From Verrucomicrobiota bacterium (GTDB taxonomy: Bacteria > Verrucomicrobiota > Verrucomicrobiia > Limisphaerales > Palsa-1400): a stretch of DNA of 64,000 bases. The translations under genes and the position numbers were made by a program. Shown in pieces: positions 1-9,541 of the stretch. Position 1 is the stretch's first letter; the number at the start of each line of letters is the position of its first letter. The notes beneath the pieces were generated by a model. The model was given only the letters and a program-made list of their open reading frames with translations, had not been told where the DNA came from and did no database searches. The stretch is taken from positions 1 to 64,000 of the forward strand of contig JBEKYR010000017.1 in assembly GCA_049510745.1 (NCBI GenBank), in the 5' to 3' direction.

Positions 1-398
1 CCAATATGTAGGTTTGGTCGGTTTGCTATGGTAACGGACGAAAAGATTCCATTTCTTGCTGACTCAGCGAGATCATTCCTCAAGACTTGTATGTGGTGGA
101 AACGCAGGCGTTTGGCGGAAATAGTGGCTCACCTGCTTTTATCTTCAAGAAGAAGTGGCACAAATATTTTCATACAGGGCTGCCAGAACTGCAAAACGAA
201 GCTTATCTGGCCGGTGTAGTAAAGGGATATTTTAACGACTGGTCAGATTTGAAGTTTAGAAACTCCGCTGTGAATGCGGGCGTGCTCTATAATGACGGTG
301 TCGCGGTCATCGTGCCCGAATACTACCTTTACGACATGATTTTCTCCAAGAAAGAGATGAAGTTGCGAGCGAATTTTGAGCGGCTTCTCCGTCAATAA
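1..398 (+). pseudogene. Trypsin-like serine protease, 3' part, with an apparent frameshift near nt 60-70
   Basis: Frame 1 reads PICRFGRFAMVTDEKIPF. Frame 3 continues EIIPQDLYVVETQAFGGNSGSPAF (catalytic GNSGS motif) and has TGA at 60-62. The 5' part lies outside the window. Confidence 0.6.
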
Positions 399-474
399 TG
401 CTGCCAAATGCTCGGGGGTGAGGCAGAGCTTCCGGATTTACTTTGAAACGGACGCGAGCGATTGGTGCCGAGGG

Positions 475-747
475 CTATTTTTCCCATTTGTCACAAAACC
501 GCAGAAAAAAGTCTATGTGCGTTGCGTATTTGTCGGGGTCAGTGTCCCTCATCGCCAGAATTTCCGTGATCTTGCTTGAAATCCCGATTTTGAGTTTCTT
601 CATTTCGGCGTCCGCAATGCGTGAAAGCTCAGGCCGTTCCAGAAGCTCCGAGTATTTGCCTGCGTGCAGTTCTTTGATTTGGCCGTTCCGAAACGCCCAG
701 ACAGTTATAGCGTTAGCTTCTTCTTGGATCGTCCACTTGCGCCTCAT
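475..747 (-). CDS. Small hypothetical protein (about 90 aa)
   Basis: ORF 475..813; likely ATG at 747 (MRRKWTIQEEANAITVWAFRNG...); protein-like composition. Confidence 0.6.
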   Translation of the reverse strand: MRRKWTIQEEANAITVWAFRNGQIKELHAGKYSELLERPELSRIADAEMKKLKIGISSKITEILAMRDTDPDKYATHIDFFLRFCDKWEK

Positions 748-949
748 ATCGCCCAACCGCCGCAACCGGCTCGAACCGGCGATTGCGTTTGTGAACGAGG
801 CTAAAAACGCCACTTTTTTGCTCGCGGAAGAAAACCCGGAGAAAAAGCGCGATTTTCTCAGATCAAATCATCCAGCTTGTTACGGCCAACATTGGGATTG
901 CTCTGGAGCAACGGGCGGGTGTATGGTGATCGTCGAGTAAAATTAACCT

Positions 950-1753
950 ATGAGCAACAATCTCGACCGATTCAAAAACGACCTTGCCAAGCTCATATCT
1001 CTTGGGAAGGAGATGAAATTCGATTTGGCATACAGGGGTCTTGAAAGGCAAAAGAAAGAAGCATTGGACAAGGAGCTTCGAGAATATGGGGACAAGATAC
1101 ACGGCAGTTTCGAGAAGAATTACCAGCGATGGTTTACAGAAGCTTGCGCTGTGCTTAAGCAACTTGTTCCTGACCGACTGCCAGAGTTCATTCAGCTTTA
1201 CCAGGGGGATGGTAAACGTAAGGAAATTAACGTAAACACCTACCGTATTCAAGATTGGCTTAGGGGCATGAGGGTTGAAGAGGGTTTATCGTTACGGGGA
1301 CGTTTCAATGATTTCAACGCCACGCAAATGCTGTTCCAAACCGAGCTCGAAATCCTGCAATCTGTTCAATGTCGCTTTGAGTCCTCGTTGTTCGACATGG
1401 CGCAATTAGTTCGCGCCGACCTGTTCGATTCAGAGCTTGACGCCGCACGAGAACTGGCCAAAAACGGGTTCCTTCGCGGAGCGGGTGCAGTGGCCGGGGT
1501 TGTGGTCGAAAAACATCTCGCACAGGTTTGCTTGAACCACAATGTTCCGGTGCGCAAACAACACCCAACAATAAGCGAATTCAATGATTTGCTCAAAACC
1601 GCCGGAGTTTTGGACGTGCCAGCGTGGCGGCAAGTTCAGAGGCTCGGCGACATACGCAATCTTTGTGACCACAACGCGAAGCGCGAACCAACGGCGGGCG
1701 AGGTGGATGAACTAATCGACGGAACGGGAAAGCTTTGCAAGACGCTCTTTTGA
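950..1753 (+). CDS. HEPN/DUF4145-like domain protein
   Basis: 267 aa; C-terminal helical domain (ELDAARELAKNGFLRGAGAVAGVVVEKHL) with an Rx4H motif (RNLCDH); lower-GC context. Confidence 0.7.
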   Translation: MSNNLDRFKNDLAKLISLGKEMKFDLAYRGLERQKKEALDKELREYGDKIHGSFEKNYQRWFTEACAVLKQLVPDRLPEFIQLYQGDGKRKEINVNTYRIQDWLRGMRVEEGLSLRGRFNDFNATQMLFQTELEILQSVQCRFESSLFDMAQLVRADLFDSELDAARELAKNGFLRGAGAVAGVVVEKHLAQVCLNHNVPVRKQHPTISEFNDLLKTAGVLDVPAWRQVQRLGDIRNLCDHNAKREPTAGEVDELIDGTGKLCKTLF

Positions 1754-2007
1754 CAGAAAGCCCCGGTCAAGATTTATGCCCGCCACGCTCACCAGCACGG
1801 CCACGGCAAGCGTTTGGAGCGTCGGACGGTCAATACAGCAGACGGAAGGGCCGGAGCGCCATGCGTGATGGGTGAAGCCGATACAGTGTGCGCATAGTGA
1901 ATCGCAGTGAACGAGGGTGTAGAATTGACCGGCTGCGCATATGCTTTACATATAATCCATGCTTATTTTTAGCGGTTCCATTCACGTAACATATTGATGC
2001 TGTTGAG

Positions 2008-2101
<94 letters not shown>

Positions 2102-2426
2102 AATCACTCCACAGATTATGGCCCAACTCTCCGCCCGATAAAAGCAAAATTCAGGACATTCTGTCTCCGGGACACATTTTTTTTGGACACTCGACAGCCC
2201 CGCTGGACAGCAAGCCCCGGTCTGCCGGGGAAAATCACTCGTGAGACAACCTGGTGTTCTTGTTTCTTTTCAGCATCGCCGCCCCCGGGCCTGAATCGCA
2301 ACACGCTATAAATCAACGTGTAAGGCGAATAAAGGAAATACCGCGCGCTGACGCTGGAATGCCGCTTCCGCAGGGTTGAAAAGCCTCGATCAGCCTGCTT
2401 CACTTGCGTTCTTTCAAGAATGACGT

Positions 2427-2442
2427 TGGCACGGCTCTTGCA
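2427..2442 (+). promoter_or_regulatory. Sigma54 (-24/-12) promoter
   Basis: TGGCAC-GGCTC-TTGCA, an exact match to TGGCAC-N5-TTGCW. Confidence 0.75.
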
Positions 2443-2452
2443 CTAGTCACAA

Positions 2453-2531
2453 GTGCGTGTCTCACCAACCCGCGTGTGCGGTTTGGGCGGGGTTCAGATG
2501 AGCTCAACATCTGGGCCCCGTTTCTCTTTTT
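2453..2531 (+). ncRNA. Candidate sigma54-dependent small RNA
   Basis: Directly downstream of the sigma54 motif; hairpin at 2465-2486 and terminator hairpin at 2488-2520 followed by a U-rich tail; no plausible + strand CDS. Confidence 0.5.
2488..2531 (+). terminator. Intrinsic terminator
   Basis: 13-bp stem CGGGGTTCAGATG/CATCTGGGCCCCG (two G-U pairs valid only on the + strand), 7-nt loop, then TTTCTCTTTTT. Confidence 0.65.
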
Positions 2532-2698
2532 CAGCATCAGCGCGCGGAAAAAGCCGCCCTTTTCCTTGCTCCAGAGCAAGGAAAGGCGCGGCAAAGACAA
2601 TCACTTGTCCCGCTTCTGCCAGCGGCGTTGATAGGGGCGGGCTGGCGTCCCGGTTTTCTCCGGACGGCCAGCGCCGTTGGACGGTATTGCGGACTGCT

Positions 2699-2974
2699 TT
2701 AAGCGAGATGCCCGGAGACCAGTTTGGTCATCTCGAACATGCTTACCTGTTTTTTGCCGCCGAAGACGGCTTGCAGGTTTTCATCCGCGTTGATTTGGGT
2801 CCTGACCTTTTTGTCCTGCAGCCCGTTCTTGCGAATGTAGGCCCAAAGTTTTTTGGTCAGTTCCGTCCGGGGGAGCGGGGTGCTGCCGACGACTTTAGCG
2901 AGCTTCTCGTCCGGTTGGACCGGTTTCATGAAAGCCGCACTGGGTTTTCTTTTGGATTTGGTGATCTTTGCCAT
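2699..2974 (-). CDS. SWIB/MDM2 domain protein
   Basis: AFMKPVQPDEKLAKVVG...PRTELTKKLWAYIRKNGLQD...VSMFEMTKLVSGHL, a typical bacterial SWIB; ATG at 2974. Confidence 0.92.
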   Translation of the reverse strand: MAKITKSKRKPSAAFMKPVQPDEKLAKVVGSTPLPRTELTKKLWAYIRKNGLQDKKVRTQINADENLQAVFGGKKQVSMFEMTKLVSGHLA

Positions 2975-3054
2975 GCCCTTTTTCTGAACCCACACCGGGC
3001 GGATTGCAACAACAAAGTTTCATAAAAAACACTTTTCCCCCCGTCCGGCCCGGC

Positions 3055-3906
3055 TCAAAGATAGAGCGCGGCCTCCAAATCCCGGACCACCACGCTCATG
3101 TAGGGGTAGCGTTCGGACATTTCCGGCTCCAGGCATTTGAGAATGATCTTCTCCAGCGCGGGCGGAATTTGGGAGTTGATCTCGCGCGGGGCCACCAATT
3201 CCCGGCCCAATTGTTTGCGCAGAATCTCGTCCGGCGATTCCCCGGGAAACGGTTTGGCCCCCGTCAACACTTCGTAAGCGGTCACGCCCAGGGCAAATAT
3301 GTCGGCCCGCCCGTCGATCTTCTCGTGCTGCAACCGTTCGGGCGACATGTAGGCGGGCGTGCCCGGATTGCGCGCCAGCTTGCGGGGTTTGACGGGTTTG
3401 GGCTGGGCCAGATCGAAGTCGATCAGCCGCACGTTGGCGTTGGGCGTGACAAGCACATTCTCCGGCTTGAAGTCCAGGTGGATGAATCCGCTGTCATGCA
3501 CCTGCTCCAGGCCCAGCGCCATGTCGATGACGATTTGGGCCACGTGTTCGGCCAGGACCTCGTCGCCGCGGGAAAGGAGCAGCTTGAGATTGGGGCCGGC
3601 CACATACTCCATCAACAGATAGGGCACGCCCTCGATCTTGCCGTGTTCGATGTAATCGACCACGTATTCGTTGTGCTGGATTTTGGAAAGGATTTCGCAG
3701 CCGCGGAAGAACCGCCTCCGTTCCACAAAGTTGCGCAGACGGTTGTCCCACATCCGCCGCAAGGCATAGTGGTTGCCCTGCGCATCGGTCGCGCCCCATA
3801 CCTCGGAGACGCCGCCGCGATTGATTAACTCCTGGAGGTAAAAACGTCCAAACCGTCCGGGCTGTGGGGCGGCGTCGCGGCTCAGGTCCGATTTGCCAAA
3901 CTGCAT
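3055..3906 (-). CDS. Ser/Thr kinase-like protein with atypical catalytic motifs
   Basis: HLDFKPEN, DFDLA, GTPAYMSPE, DIFALG; likely start MQFGKS at 3906. Confidence 0.88.
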   Translation of the reverse strand: MQFGKSDLSRDAAPQPGRFGRFYLQELINRGGVSEVWGATDAQGNHYALRRMWDNRLRNFVERRRFFRGCEILSKIQHNEYVVDYIEHGKIEGVPYLLMEYVAGPNLKLLLSRGDEVLAEHVAQIVIDMALGLEQVHDSGFIHLDFKPENVLVTPNANVRLIDFDLAQPKPVKPRKLARNPGTPAYMSPERLQHEKIDGRADIFALGVTAYEVLTGAKPFPGESPDEILRKQLGRELVAPREINSQIPPALEKIILKCLEPEMSERYPYMSVVVRDLEAALYL

Positions 3907-4010
3907 AGCGTCCGCGGCAATGATACCACAAGACCCCGCCATCTCATGCCAAAAGTTGTCTCTTGGCAAGATTTTGTGCCGGAGCGCCGCCGCCGCGGCC
4001 GCCGGCGCGC

Positions 4011-6155
4011 TCAGGCCGCCACCGTCCCCGAAACCGGGCGATCCAGGCAATCGCGCACGATTTGCAGGAGCGTGGAGGGACGGTACGGCTTGGGCAGGAA
4101 ACTCCCTTCCTGGACGTTGTCCAGGTCTGTTCCCGGCATGCCGGCGCTGTAGCCGCTGGTGAAAATCACCCTCAAACGCGGGTCTTCTCCCGTCAATTTT
4201 TCGGCCAGTTTGCGTCCCGTCAGGCCGTCGGGCATGACCATGTCGGTCAGGAGCAGATGAATGTCTCCCTCGCGGCGGGACCAGGTTTCCAGGGCCTTGG
4301 CGCCGGAGGCGGCCGTGAGCACGCGGTAATCGCGCGATTCGAGCACCTGCGCCACCAGATCGCGCAAATCCGGTTCGTCCTCGACCACCAAAATGGTTTC
4401 GCGGCCGGTTCCGGCGGTCTCCGGCAGCGGCGGCTTGGCCGCCGGTTGCGGCGGGCGGGCGGCCAGCAGCGCGGGAATGAAAACCAGGAACGTCGTGCCC
4501 ACGCCGACCTCGCTGCGCACTTCCACCCAGCCGTGATGTTGCTGGGCAATGCCATAGACGGTGGCCAGACCCAGGCCCGTGCCTTTGCCGACGGGCTTGG
4601 TGGTGAAAAACGGATCAAAGATCCGGGGCAGGTCCTCCGGCGAAATGCCCGTCCCGGTGTCGCTCACGGTCAGGCGCACGAACTGTCCGGCGCGCGCTTC
4701 GGGATTGGAGCCGGCGCCGGCGGCGGGCAGTTCCACGGCCTCGGCGATGATGCTCAATTGGCCGCCCTCAGGCATGGCATCGCGCGCGTTGAACGCCAGG
4801 TTCATGATCAGCGTCTCCAGCATCGCGCCATCCGCGCTGATATCGGGCAGGTTGGGCGGCGCGTGCAAGGTGACTTTGACCCTCTCCGTCAGGATGCGCG
4901 GCAGGATGTCCCAGACCGTCGCGAGCGTGTCGCGCAGGTTGATGGGCCGTAATTCCACCGGCTGCCGGCGGCTGAACGTCAACAGTTGGCGCACCAGCCG
5001 GCTGGCGCGGTCGGCGGCCGCGCAGATGCTTTGCAGGGGCTTGGCATCCTCCGACTCCGGCGGCTTTGAAGCCAGCAACAAACTGGCGTTGCCCTGCACC
5101 ACGGTAAGGATGTTGTTGAAATCATGCGCCACGCCGGCGGCCAACTGGCCCACGGCCTCCATTTTCCGCGCCTGCTGCAATTGGTTCTGGAGCTTGATTT
5201 GCTCGGTGATGTCCTGGGCGATCATCAACAGAAACGGTTTGCCGGCCAGTTCGATCACTTCCAGCGAAACGAGCAGATCCGCCACGTGCCCGGTTTTGCC
5301 GCGCAGCCGGATCGGCAGGGTGCGCACGGACATTTCCTGGCGCAGCTTCTCCATCATGGCGCGTTCGCCGGCGGGGTCCTCCCACAGGTGGAGTTGCGCC
5401 GGCGAACGGCCAATCAATTCATCCTGGCCGTAGCCCGTGACCGCCAGAAAACCCTGGTTGACATCGACAAATTCTTCCTTCGGCGACGACAAGATCGCCA
5501 GGGGAATGGGGCTGGCCTGGAAGGCCTTGGAAAAACGCTCTTCGGAAAGGCGCAACGACTGCTCGACCTGCCTGCGCTCGGAGATTTCAGTTTTGAGTTT
5601 CTCGTTGGCGGATTGAAGTTCCAGGGTGCGTCGGGCCACCAGGCCGTCCAGGTCCTTGAGGCGGCAGTTGACTTCCTGGGTCAGGTTCCATTTCTCGGTC
5701 AAAGCCCAGGCCAGTTGCAGGACCTCGATGCTGTCAAAAGGCTTCCTCAGGATCAGCAGGCTGTCGGATTTGGCAATCTGGCGGACCCCCTCCGCCCAGG
5801 CATTGTCGGAATAACCGGTGCAAACGACCACCTGCAAATCCGGGAACTGCTTCCAAATCCGGGTGATGGTTTCGACCCCGTCCCAGCCAGGCGGCATATG
5901 CACATCGACAAACACCAGGGCGTAGGGCTGGCCGGCCTCGGCCGCCGCTTGAATCTTGCCCAACCCCTCCTCGCCCTGCGAGGCGGAATCAACCTGGAAA
6001 TCCACGTCTTCGCTTTCCGGTGGCGGCGCGTCAAAGAGGTCCGCCCGGTCCTCTTGCCGGCCGCGGTTGAGAATTTTGCGAATATCGTCGTGGATCGAGG
6101 CGTTGTCATCGATCACCAGAATGCGATGGTTGCGCGGCCTGATGGGATTGTTCAT
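4011..6155 (-). CDS. Hybrid sensor histidine kinase (REC-PAS-HisKA-HATPase-REC)
   Basis: N-terminal receiver (ILVIDD...DVHMP), PAS, H-box AHDFNN, G-boxes DTGTG and GTGLGL, C-terminal receiver (VVEDE...DMVMP). Confidence 0.93.
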   Translation of the reverse strand: MNNPIRPRNHRILVIDDNASIHDDIRKILNRGRQEDRADLFDAPPPESEDVDFQVDSASQGEEGLGKIQAAAEAGQPYALVFVDVHMPPGWDGVETITRIWKQFPDLQVVVCTGYSDNAWAEGVRQIAKSDSLLILRKPFDSIEVLQLAWALTEKWNLTQEVNCRLKDLDGLVARRTLELQSANEKLKTEISERRQVEQSLRLSEERFSKAFQASPIPLAILSSPKEEFVDVNQGFLAVTGYGQDELIGRSPAQLHLWEDPAGERAMMEKLRQEMSVRTLPIRLRGKTGHVADLLVSLEVIELAGKPFLLMIAQDITEQIKLQNQLQQARKMEAVGQLAAGVAHDFNNILTVVQGNASLLLASKPPESEDAKPLQSICAAADRASRLVRQLLTFSRRQPVELRPINLRDTLATVWDILPRILTERVKVTLHAPPNLPDISADGAMLETLIMNLAFNARDAMPEGGQLSIIAEAVELPAAGAGSNPEARAGQFVRLTVSDTGTGISPEDLPRIFDPFFTTKPVGKGTGLGLATVYGIAQQHHGWVEVRSEVGVGTTFLVFIPALLAARPPQPAAKPPLPETAGTGRETILVVEDEPDLRDLVAQVLESRDYRVLTAASGAKALETWSRREGDIHLLLTDMVMPDGLTGRKLAEKLTGEDPRLRVIFTSGYSAGMPGTDLDNVQEGSFLPKPYRPSTLLQIVRDCLDRPVSGTVAA

Positions 6156-6444
6156 GAATCTGTCCTTTCGCCGTTGACCGGCACTGCCAACTTAATCCGG
6201 GCCTCCTTGCCCGAACTGTCGCCGTATGCGACTGACTGCGGAATACTGTCCCACTTGACTTGCGCCTCTGCCGGGGCGTTAGCCGAAGCGTAAAGAGTGC
6301 CAACTTCATCGCTGGCGCGGCCCGGGGGGCCGGCCGCAGTGCGAGGGCAGACCGCTTGGCAGGCAAATTGCGACAGCATCAACCGACACCGCCTCCGCGC
6401 TCTGTAAATCACTCGTCTCATCATACCTATACTGCGACGATAGC

Positions 6445-6472
6445 GTATCGGCACAAAGCCGCTGGAACTTTA
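6445..6472 (-). promoter_or_regulatory. Putative sigma28 (FliA)-type promoter
   Basis: Minus strand TAAAGTTC-N12-GCCGATAC versus consensus TAAAGTTT-N11-GCCGATAA (spacer one base longer). Confidence 0.4.
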
Positions 6473-6619
6473 ATGCTCGAACGCACTTTTTCGGAGGATG
6501 GCTTTATTTGACCAGCCTTGGCAGGAAAGGCGTGATGGTTTCAGTCTGGCTTGGTCAAATAGGCTTGAAATGAGCCAAAACGAAGTGAGGTCAAGCTGAG
6601 GGCGCTCCCGCCAGTCCTG

Positions 6620-8041
6620 TTGAGCATTTCCCTGATGGTCTGCTTATCGGCTCAGGCCAAACCGAAGTTCAACACCAGTGAAGTCGCCGGCCCAAGCTCG
6701 CAGTTGATGATTTGCGATCTGGACGGCGACGGTCTCAAGGACCTGGTTCTGATGGACGATACCAATCTGGCCATCTTTTATCAGGATCCCACACGAGGCT
6801 TTACGCGCGAACCGCAACAAACCTATCGTCTCGAACAGCGGCCCTCTCTTGTCTGGACGGCCAGGCTGGGCCGGCAGGCCGGGAGTTTGCTGGTGATGAC
6901 CAGCGACGGAGTGAGCGAACTTTGTTTCACCAACCGAACCGGCCCCCCCGCCAGCCGGCAAATCATCCGCCAACCCACAATCATTCCGGAGGCGGCCGAA
7001 GGGACGAACACGATGTACCTTCCGCTGTCGGTCGAGACAGGCGGCGACTGGCCTCTGCTGCTGGTGCCGGCGGCGGACGGACTTCAGGTCTGGCAGCATC
7101 GCGGCCAGTGGGTTCAGGCGCAGGTCATTGGCCATTCCATTGATGCCAGCCAGGGGCCGTCGCTGGCCAATCCCGGATATGCCACCTCGCTTGGATTGGA
7201 CCTGAGCGTGGGCGACGTCAATGGCGACGGACGGGACGATCTGATCGTGAAACGCGGCCATTTCGGCCGGACCAGCACCTACAGCCTTTACCTGCAGCAG
7301 ACCAACGGCCTGTTCGCCCCTGAACCGGCGTTGACCTACGAGGAAAAGGCGGAAGCGCACTCCTGGCTTTGCTGGACCGATCTGAACCGCGACGGCAAAG
7401 TGGATTTGATCAAGAGCCGCTGGTTGAACGAGCCTTCCTTCCTGCCGGGGATGCCTTCCGGCAAAGTGCTGGTGGGCATTTATAGGGCCGACAAGCACGG
7501 CCGGATTCCGGCCGAACCGCAACAGGTCTTTCGCAAGAACGACTACCTGGCCCCGTTGCCGGTGGTGGACGTGGACGGCGACGGTTTTCTGGACCTGGTT
7601 TTGGGCTTCAGTCACCTGGACAACAAGGAAAGCGCGACCAAAGCGATCACCTCCAAACGAATCGATTTCACTCTCAAGTTTTTCTTCCAGCGGCCCGGCG
7701 CCGGCTTTCCAGACGAGGCGGACTGTCAACGCGACGTGGTGATCCATGCCGATCAAGCTTTGGGCATTTCCGAGCGTTACGAGCGCTTCGTCCAGCTCGG
7801 CGGCGATTTTAACGGGGATGGCAAAACGGATTTGCTGGTGCGGGACCGCAGTGATGAGATCTCGGTTTACTTTTTTGTTTCGCGAGAAAAAGGCTTCAGT
7901 CTGAAACCGGACCTGCGCTTCAGATGCCTGGAGCAGATTGAGGACTGGGAGATCAAGGACCTGAACAACGACGGCGTCAGCGATCTGATCGTGAAACTGG
8001 CGAAACAAAACGGCTACCGCATATTCATCAGCCAGAAATAA
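6620..8041 (+). CDS. Secreted FG-GAP/VCBS repeat protein (start uncertain)
   Basis: Repeated DxDGDGxxDL motifs (DLDGDGLKDL, DVNGDGRDDL, DVDGDGFLDL, DFNGDGKTDL, DLNNDGVSDL); signal-like N-terminus ending AQA. Confidence 0.85.
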   Translation: MSISLMVCLSAQAKPKFNTSEVAGPSSQLMICDLDGDGLKDLVLMDDTNLAIFYQDPTRGFTREPQQTYRLEQRPSLVWTARLGRQAGSLLVMTSDGVSELCFTNRTGPPASRQIIRQPTIIPEAAEGTNTMYLPLSVETGGDWPLLLVPAADGLQVWQHRGQWVQAQVIGHSIDASQGPSLANPGYATSLGLDLSVGDVNGDGRDDLIVKRGHFGRTSTYSLYLQQTNGLFAPEPALTYEEKAEAHSWLCWTDLNRDGKVDLIKSRWLNEPSFLPGMPSGKVLVGIYRADKHGRIPAEPQQVFRKNDYLAPLPVVDVDGDGFLDLVLGFSHLDNKESATKAITSKRIDFTLKFFFQRPGAGFPDEADCQRDVVIHADQALGISERYERFVQLGGDFNGDGKTDLLVRDRSDEISVYFFVSREKGFSLKPDLRFRCLEQIEDWEIKDLNNDGVSDLIVKLAKQNGYRIFISQK

Positions 8042-8044
8042 CCC

Positions 8045-9541
8045 ATGTTTTTCTTCCCGCAACGTGGAGCCAGCGCCGGGAGCCGTCCGCTTCCGGCGCG
8101 CGGCCCCATTCTCTTGCTATTCCTCGCCGTCCATGCGGGCTGGGCCGGGCCGGTTGAGCTGTCAGGCCAGTTGATCACACTCCCGGCCAACGCCGGCGAG
8201 CCGCTTTTTGCCGATATTGAAGGGCACGGCCGCTGCAATCTGCTCGTGATAGATCCAGTGGAGAAAAAGCTTTTGAACTATCGCCAACGCCCGGACGGCT
8301 TCACCAACTCGCCCGATCAGGTCATTCCCTTGCCGCCACAAACCGCCTGGGCCGCCCCCTGCGACGTGGATGCGCATCCGGGCCTCGAACTGCTGTTCTC
8401 CACCGCCACCGGGCTGGTTTATTGCCGGCAGAACGCCGGCCTGTTCGAATCGGAACGACACACGCTCATCGAGACGAGCCAGGTCTTCACCAACTTTGAT
8501 TTTCCAGTCCTGGCCCGGCTGGGCACGAACAACGCCACAACAAACGATCTAATCCCGGTCATTTCCGCGGGGCAGGCCGTGCTCTACCATCGAAACAGTG
8601 CTTATGAGTGGAGTCCCGGATCGACGCTGGCCCTCGACGTGAAACAAACCGCCTGGCAGGTTGACTTCGACCCGTGGCGCAACCTGTGGCGGGCCCAGTG
8701 GATGATCGGACCCAATCCCGCGCACAGCTTGAGCGTTGAGCGAACATTCCTGGCCAAACCAGATCCGAAGTGGGACAAGCAGCCGGAGAATGAAACCATC
8801 CGCAAGATCATTGAGGACATGAAAAAAACCAGCCCCAGCAGTGAGATACATATGGACCGGCTGGACGTGGATGGCGATGGCCGGGAAGATTTGGTTCTCT
8901 GGCAGGTCGTCGCCGCCAACCTGGGTTTCAGAACCGACCTTTATCTCTTCCTGCGCGGCGTGGACCAGAAGTTGCCGGAACGGCCGACGCAAATTCTGCA
9001 CTGTCGCGGGCTGCCGATTCCCATCGGATCGGCTCACGTGCCCTCGCCCGTGCATGATCTGGATGGCGATGGCGTTTGTGAACTGGTTCTGCTCGAATTC
9101 AAGACCAGCATTACCTCCGCCAGCGGACTGGTGAAGACGGCGCTCTCGCACGGGCTGGATTGGTCGCTCACAATCCGGTCGTTCCGGCACGGCGCCTTTT
9201 CCCGCAGTCCGGACGCCTCCGTGCCGGTCACGGTCATCCTGGCGTCGGAACAATTGAGCGCGTGGCCCATCTGTATTCAAGGCGACTTCAATGGCGATGG
9301 CCGCCCCGATCTCCTCATCAGACGCTCGGAAACGCAATGGAATATCTTTCCCAGCACGACGGACGGACGCTGGTTCGCGCCGCAACCGGCGATGACTTTC
9401 GACGTGCCGGGGCACGGCTATCTTAAAATCAGCGACCTGAACGGCGACGGGCTGGCGGACATCATCTGGCACGACTTGGATAGCCCCAACATTTCCATTT
9501 TCATGTCGCCACCACCCCAGGCAAAGGGTAAAAACCCATGA
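8045..9541 (+). CDS. Secreted FG-GAP/VCBS repeat protein
   Basis: DVDGDGREDL, DLDGDGVCEL, DFNGDGRPDL, DLNGDGLADI; hydrophobic N-terminal signal; starts 3 nt after the previous gene. Confidence 0.85.
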   Translation: MFFFPQRGASAGSRPLPARGPILLLFLAVHAGWAGPVELSGQLITLPANAGEPLFADIEGHGRCNLLVIDPVEKKLLNYRQRPDGFTNSPDQVIPLPPQTAWAAPCDVDAHPGLELLFSTATGLVYCRQNAGLFESERHTLIETSQVFTNFDFPVLARLGTNNATTNDLIPVISAGQAVLYHRNSAYEWSPGSTLALDVKQTAWQVDFDPWRNLWRAQWMIGPNPAHSLSVERTFLAKPDPKWDKQPENETIRKIIEDMKKTSPSSEIHMDRLDVDGDGREDLVLWQVVAANLGFRTDLYLFLRGVDQKLPERPTQILHCRGLPIPIGSAHVPSPVHDLDGDGVCELVLLEFKTSITSASGLVKTALSHGLDWSLTIRSFRHGAFSRSPDASVPVTVILASEQLSAWPICIQGDFNGDGRPDLLIRRSETQWNIFPSTTDGRWFAPQPAMTFDVPGHGYLKISDLNGDGLADIIWHDLDSPNISIFMSPPPQAKGKNP

